A DNA stretch of 57,785 nucleotides, the filler included, from Bipalium vagum (lineage: Eukaryota), in NCBI GenBank assembly GCA_037834085.1. It is 3 parts of 3 records of this genome, joined end to end, with 100 filler letters (N's around TTAATTAATTAA, not from the genome) between each part and the next. Parts side by side here need not be neighbours in the genome. Positions count along the whole stretch, not along the records: positions 37,741 to 57,785 come from JBBMKC010261643.1; 2 more parts are not named here. One strand, written 5' to 3'. Below the pieces are notes generated by a model. That model saw only the letters and a program-made list of their open reading frames with translations. It made no database searches and was not told where the DNA came from. The position numbers were made by a program, and so were the translations under genes. Below are positions 52,942 to 57,785 of the stretch, piece after piece (position 1 is the stretch's first letter; the number at the start of each line of letters is the position of its first letter).

Positions 52942-53107
52942 GTAAGAAAAATTATAATTTTACTTTATTATTAAGAAAATAATATGATATAATATTTTAA
53001 TGTCTAATTGTAATAAATATGATTCTTATTTTGCAATTAAAATGATATGTATAATTGTGTTACCTTGAATTAAAGTTGAAAATTATCATTAGAAAGTTTT
53101 TGGATCG

Positions 53108-53294
53108 NNNNNNNNNNNNNNNNNNNNNNNNNNNNNNNNNNNNNNNNNNNNNNNNNNNNNNNNNNNNNNNNNNNNNNNNNNNNNNNNNNNNNNNNNNNNN
53201 NNNNNNNNNNNNNNNNNNNNNNNNNNNNNNNNNNNNNNNNNNNNNNNNNNNNNNNNNNNNNNNNNNNNNNNNNNNNNNNNNNNNNNNNNNNNNN
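53108..53294. other. assembly gap (N run) inside a GPCR intron
   Basis: Run of N. Confidence 0.95.
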
Positions 53295-54353
53295 ATATCG
53301 ATCGAAAAACTTACTAATGATAATTTTCAACTGAAATTATTTACTTCAGTTTTCGTATCTCCTCAAATTCAACCTGTTATTAGTCGTATTTTGCCGAACT
53401 TATTCCAAATTCTAATTAAATAAGTTATTTGACAGTGAAAAAGATAGTGGTTTGTTTTAAAAAATTTTATTATTATTATTTTCAAAAATTATTTTCTCTT
53501 TTTCAATTATTTGAAATAATATAAAAATTGTGTAAAAAATAAATATTAAATGATGAGTGCAAAATTAAAGACATTGATTTTCTTTTATATTCAATAAATT
53601 TGTCATTAATTATTATCATGCTTACTTGAAAAAAAATCTGTTCATATTTGACTACTTAATGATAGTATTGCCAGAACCGCTTCAATCTAACCAAAACAAT
53701 TAGAAAGGCCAACAGAGATGATAAAGATGGTCGAGGACATCTAAAATTGTGAACATAATTTGTTTTATTAAAATGATTTTAAGATTTTAAATGCGATTCT
53801 CGCGAATAATTTTAATTGTAAATTTATGTAAAAATTTATTATTTCTTATCGATTCTTGAATAGAACAAACATTGGATTTAGACTATAAGAGACACTTCTG
53901 TTATTTATAAATATAAAAAATTTAACTGAGAAACAGAAGCAAGCAATCAAAAATCTGAGAATTAAAAATCAATATAAATAAAAAGAAACTATATTTTTAT
54001 GATGTGAAAATGGGATGTAAAACTAATCGCTAAAATACAACATAATTACTGTCACAATACCAGCCAAGAAGTCTTTGCAATCCTACATCCTGACAATAAA
54101 AAATGGAATTTTTCTTTAATGTTACATAAAAAAATAAACGCATCCAAGTGACCTAAAATGACTATCTAGTTCAGTCTACGGTCAACCTCCGACATCCTGT
54201 CTTGTATATATTTCAGGTCTAATTTTTAAAAAAAAATATTCTTTGTTTATGGTTTTGAGAATTCTGGACACTTCAATTTTTATTGTACACAGCTCACTTG
54301 AAATCAGCAAAAAATCTTCAATTCAACGCGCTTCAGGGACATTTACGGGATTA

Positions 54354-55076
54354 CAGGGTTTATAACCTCATTTCAAATTTTTGTAATTCAATTTCAAAAA
54401 ATAAAAATAAGAAAACTTATTACATATCTTTACATATAAACATTTAATCATCATATGTGGGCTCCTTATTAATACATTTTGTTAGGAATTTAAACATGGG
54501 TCTGTAATAAGAATTACAATCATCAGCGCCTATTACATTTCCTACGCTGTCGATCAATCCAAATAAATCTTTTTCATTTTCAGGACGAGCTTGTCTGATG
54601 CTTTGTTTCCATTTTGAGAATAAGTTCTCAATAGGATTTAGAAACGAAGAATAAGGAGGCAAAATCAATAACCTATGACCCCCTTCTTCTACCATTTCAC
54701 GTATGACTGTCGATTTGTGGAATGGAACATTGTCCATTATGATTACCACAGATCCATTTTTTCGAATTAAATTTTTTGCTATTAATTCGATTATAAAAGC
54801 CTGAAATGTAATCGTGTTATATGCAGTCGTCTGTGCACGATAATGGACAATTCCATTTTTATTCATTTGACAACAGACGGCTATGTTACGTAACTGCAAT
54901 CCACGTACAACATGAATCTTTCCACATAATGATCTTCCTTTTCTTGAGCGCATTGATATATTGAAGATTACCTCATCAACGAAGAACAATTTGGATTCAT
55001 CATATAATGATAAGGTATAAAAAAATATGTATTTGAAATAAGATTACAAAAAATTGAAATGAGGTTATGAACCCTG
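54354..55076 (-). mobile_element. IS630/Tc1-superfamily DD34E transposon, internally deleted (723 bp), intronic
   Basis: 34-bp TIRs CAGGGTT(T/C)ATAACCTCATTTCAA(A/T)TTTTTGTAAT with TA TSDs. Open frame 54444-54989 with FVDE, IMDNVPFH and LPPYSSFLNPIENLFSKWK (34 residues between D and E). Confidence 0.92.
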
Positions 55077-55866
55077 TATTGTGTTTTCAACAAAGTCCAT
55101 GTTTTCATATTTTAAGCACTTCAGTACCTTTTTTGCTTAGTGAGATGAGGCAAAATACGTATTTATGGTGTTTCTTGATGAATAGCATAAGCGACGCTTA
55201 ATGCATTCATTGATGTATAAGTCTTTGTTAACTTCCTACCTTACTGAAACTTAGCTTGGAGTCAGCTAAGGATAAAAAACGATCCATAGAAAATATCTTT
55301 TCTTTTCACATTTCCTACATATTTTGACTTTAAATGATGCTTAATATTCGTATCCAGAGAGGATTATTATGCTACTTGTTTCACTTGCAATAATGATCGT
55401 TTTGGTATTATACTTTATTAATACACAGGATATACATGTATGTATGCTTTTCAACATCATTGAAAAGTACAGCTCAGAACAGTTCAAAGCCATAAAAACT
55501 GAATTTTAACCAATTCCAGCGGTATTGTCAAATTATTCTGCTAACCATTTCTTATTAGATTTTGTATTAATTTTCGGTGGACGACCATTTCATTTTTTTT
55601 ATTTCATCGTTTTCAACCTTTTCATAAGTCCAAAAACAGTATTGATTTTGGTATATTTTCACCAATGAAATGCTTGGAGAAACAAAAAATATAGTTTTTA
55701 TTAAAAAATTTACATGATTCTTCAGAGTCATATCTGAAATATTACTGAAGTGTTTATCATACTTCTATATATCATTTAAAACAGTGTGACTTGCTTATCA
55801 ATTTAGATTAATTTATTTAAGCAAATTAAATATTAAGTTACTTAACTTTAAAAGTCGAATTTTTTA

Positions 55867-56368
55867 TTGGATCATTAAGTATGAAATGTCGGACTTGCAA
55901 AATCCAAAGTTTGACATTTGATATTTTAATTAATTTAACTCGAAAGTTTTTTTTGTTTTACTGAGTGAATATGTAAATACTTTTTATAGCTCATATTTAA
56001 ATAACTGGTCATATTATAAATTGGCATTCTTAGATCAACTTTTCTAAACAATGGATATTTCAAAAAGTCGTGTCATTTTTGAATACGAGTTCCATCGCGG
56101 AATTAATGCCATGCAAACGGTCCGTAATATTAATGACGTGTTTTGGAGGAAGGTCATCAATGAACGAATGGTTCAGAGATTGTTTCAAAAGTTCCGCGCA
56201 GCAGATTTTTGTCTTCAAAATATGTCACTTGATCGGTCTTAGAAGATAGTAAACTAAGCTGACTTTAAAGCCGTAGTTGATTATGTTTAATAAATATTGT
56301 GTTTTGGTTATGATATTGTAAATAAAAAAGTAGATTATAAATCCGGCATTCCATGCTTAATGACCTAA
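55867..56368 (+). mobile_element. internally deleted mariner (502 bp), intronic
   Basis: About 30-bp imperfect TIRs with TA flanks. ORF 56051-56242 is a mariner N-terminal HTH (RVIFEYEFHRG...RNINDVF...FQKFR). Confidence 0.88.
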
Positions 56369-56821
56369 TATTTATATGGTGCTATTAGGCCCGTCCTTGA
56401 AGAAAAACCATTATTAAAGGTGAGACTTACTGAAAAATTAGAAATAAACATTATTTACAATTCCCTGATCAGTTGACAAGAGATACAATATCTTGAATTG
56501 GTTACAGGAATTGTATTTTCTTCTGACATGGAAATAATCACCCAGCAAAAACCTTTACAATATTTATTGAAATAGAGGGACTTCAAATTTTAAATTTCTT
56601 GTTAATATGTTTTCAGTCTAAATGTTTTATAAACCAAGATCACGTAACTGGCAGATTAATTGTGCACCAGCCTAACGATTCTGAATTGAGATGTTACCTT
56701 GTTAGACCACTTGAAAAGAAATTTAAGTCCTGGCCAAATATTTTCATTTTTATTAATTGGAAAAAAAATAATTTTAATTAATTATTTTGTATTTGTATTT
56801 TTTTAATTATTTTAAATTCAG

Positions 56822-57031
56822 CTGAGGTACTATGTCCTTACACTCTGGATAGCTGGGTACTCCTTGTCCACAATCGCCCTATGGATAGCTTTGATCTTGC
56901 TTCGATACTTTCGCTCTTTGAGATGCTTGAGGAATGAGATACATTGCAATTTAATAATTTCCTTTATTTTGAGAGTGCTTGCTTGGTTTATAATCGTAAT
57001 TCCCCAAATGATTACGCAACGATGGCCAATC
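56822..57031 (+). CDS. class B1 GPCR: TM1-ICL1-TM2 exon (gene continues past the window)
   Basis: cag|LRYYVLTLWIAGYSLSTIALWIALILLRYFRSLRCLRNEIHCNLIISFILRVLAWFIIVIPQMITQRWPI|gtaag. The GYSLS and FRSLRCLRNxIHxNL motifs are characteristic of CRF/DH44-type receptors. Confidence 0.92.
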
Positions 57032-57713
57032 GTAAGTTTAATTTTTGGTTTTCTTCATTTATTTATCGATAATTTCGGCAAGACTTGGTTTAGAATTTTC
57101 ATATATTCTTAGAGTCAAACTAAATCTAATAAATCTTAACACGTATTATTGGTTAAAATCTTATTGATTAAATCGGTTTTTTTGTTTAAATAATGTATTG
57201 ATTAATATATGTTCCAAAAAACCTATGGAACTTATGTGCATAATTATATTGCCGAAAAAACTTCAGCGAAAACACAGGTTTCTTAAAAAAAAAATTTCAG
57301 CTTTATTGATGAAAAAGAAGATTTCTTAGGATCTTCGCGTAAAATATTAAGACCTGCAAAAGAATCAATTATTGTAAATTAAAAATAAATATAATTAAAT
57401 TGACAGATTTCAATTTAACTCTTCCTCAAATCATTAGTGTGAAAACGACGATTGAACGGATGTAAATGTTTAAAATAATTTTTTTTTATTAAATGGATTA
57501 TTTTCAGATTAGGAAAGTAGAGCATTTTTTTAGAAATTTGCTAATTAATTTTATTTTTTATTTTTTAATATTTTAAACTTTTCTTTTTTATAATTTACTT
57601 GAAATTAAATATTTCATTTAAGCATGTTTTCATAAATATTTATTTTATTTCTTCTAAATCATTATCAATCACATTAATCTATTCAAAGTTGATCTAAGAA
57701 GACACAAGTATTT

Positions 57714-57725
57714 TTATTATTATTA

Positions 57726-57785
<60 letters not shown>
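57714..57785. repeat. (ATT)n microsatellite
   Basis: ATT run to the end of the window. Confidence 0.95.

Noticed and set aside
53055-53423. ORFs spanning the N gap
   Set aside because: Artefacts of translating Ns.

Overview
Very AT-rich eukaryotic (animal) genomic DNA with (ATT)n microsatellites, 43-70 bp introns and dense decayed transposons. This pattern is most consistent with a triclad flatworm (planarian); the species is my inference. Host genes I can reconstruct by manual splicing: (1) two convergent two-exon caveolin paralogues (4538-4985 +, 11280-11721 -) sharing one intron position; (2) a small two-exon gene (18566-18809 +), missed by the ORF track, encoding a 57-aa protein with a signal peptide and dibasic sites, i.e. 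a candidate neuropeptide prohormone; (3) three exons (52032-57031 +) of a class B1 secretin-family GPCR resembling CRF/DH44 receptors, which continues beyond the window. Most of the rest is mobile-element debris: Tc1/mariner/pogo/IS630-like and Merlin DNA transposons, two RLE-type (R2-group) non-LTR retrotransposons, Gypsy fragments, two related solo LTRs with 4-bp TSDs, a Maverick/Polinton protein-primed polB relic, and two copies of a tRNA-Ala-derived element whose acceptor stem is extended by a 13-bp inverted repeat. Two 100-bp gaps carry an artificial TTAATTAATTAA linker, so adjacency across 19473-19572 and 37641-37740 is uncertain. All calls are by eye; no database searches were run.
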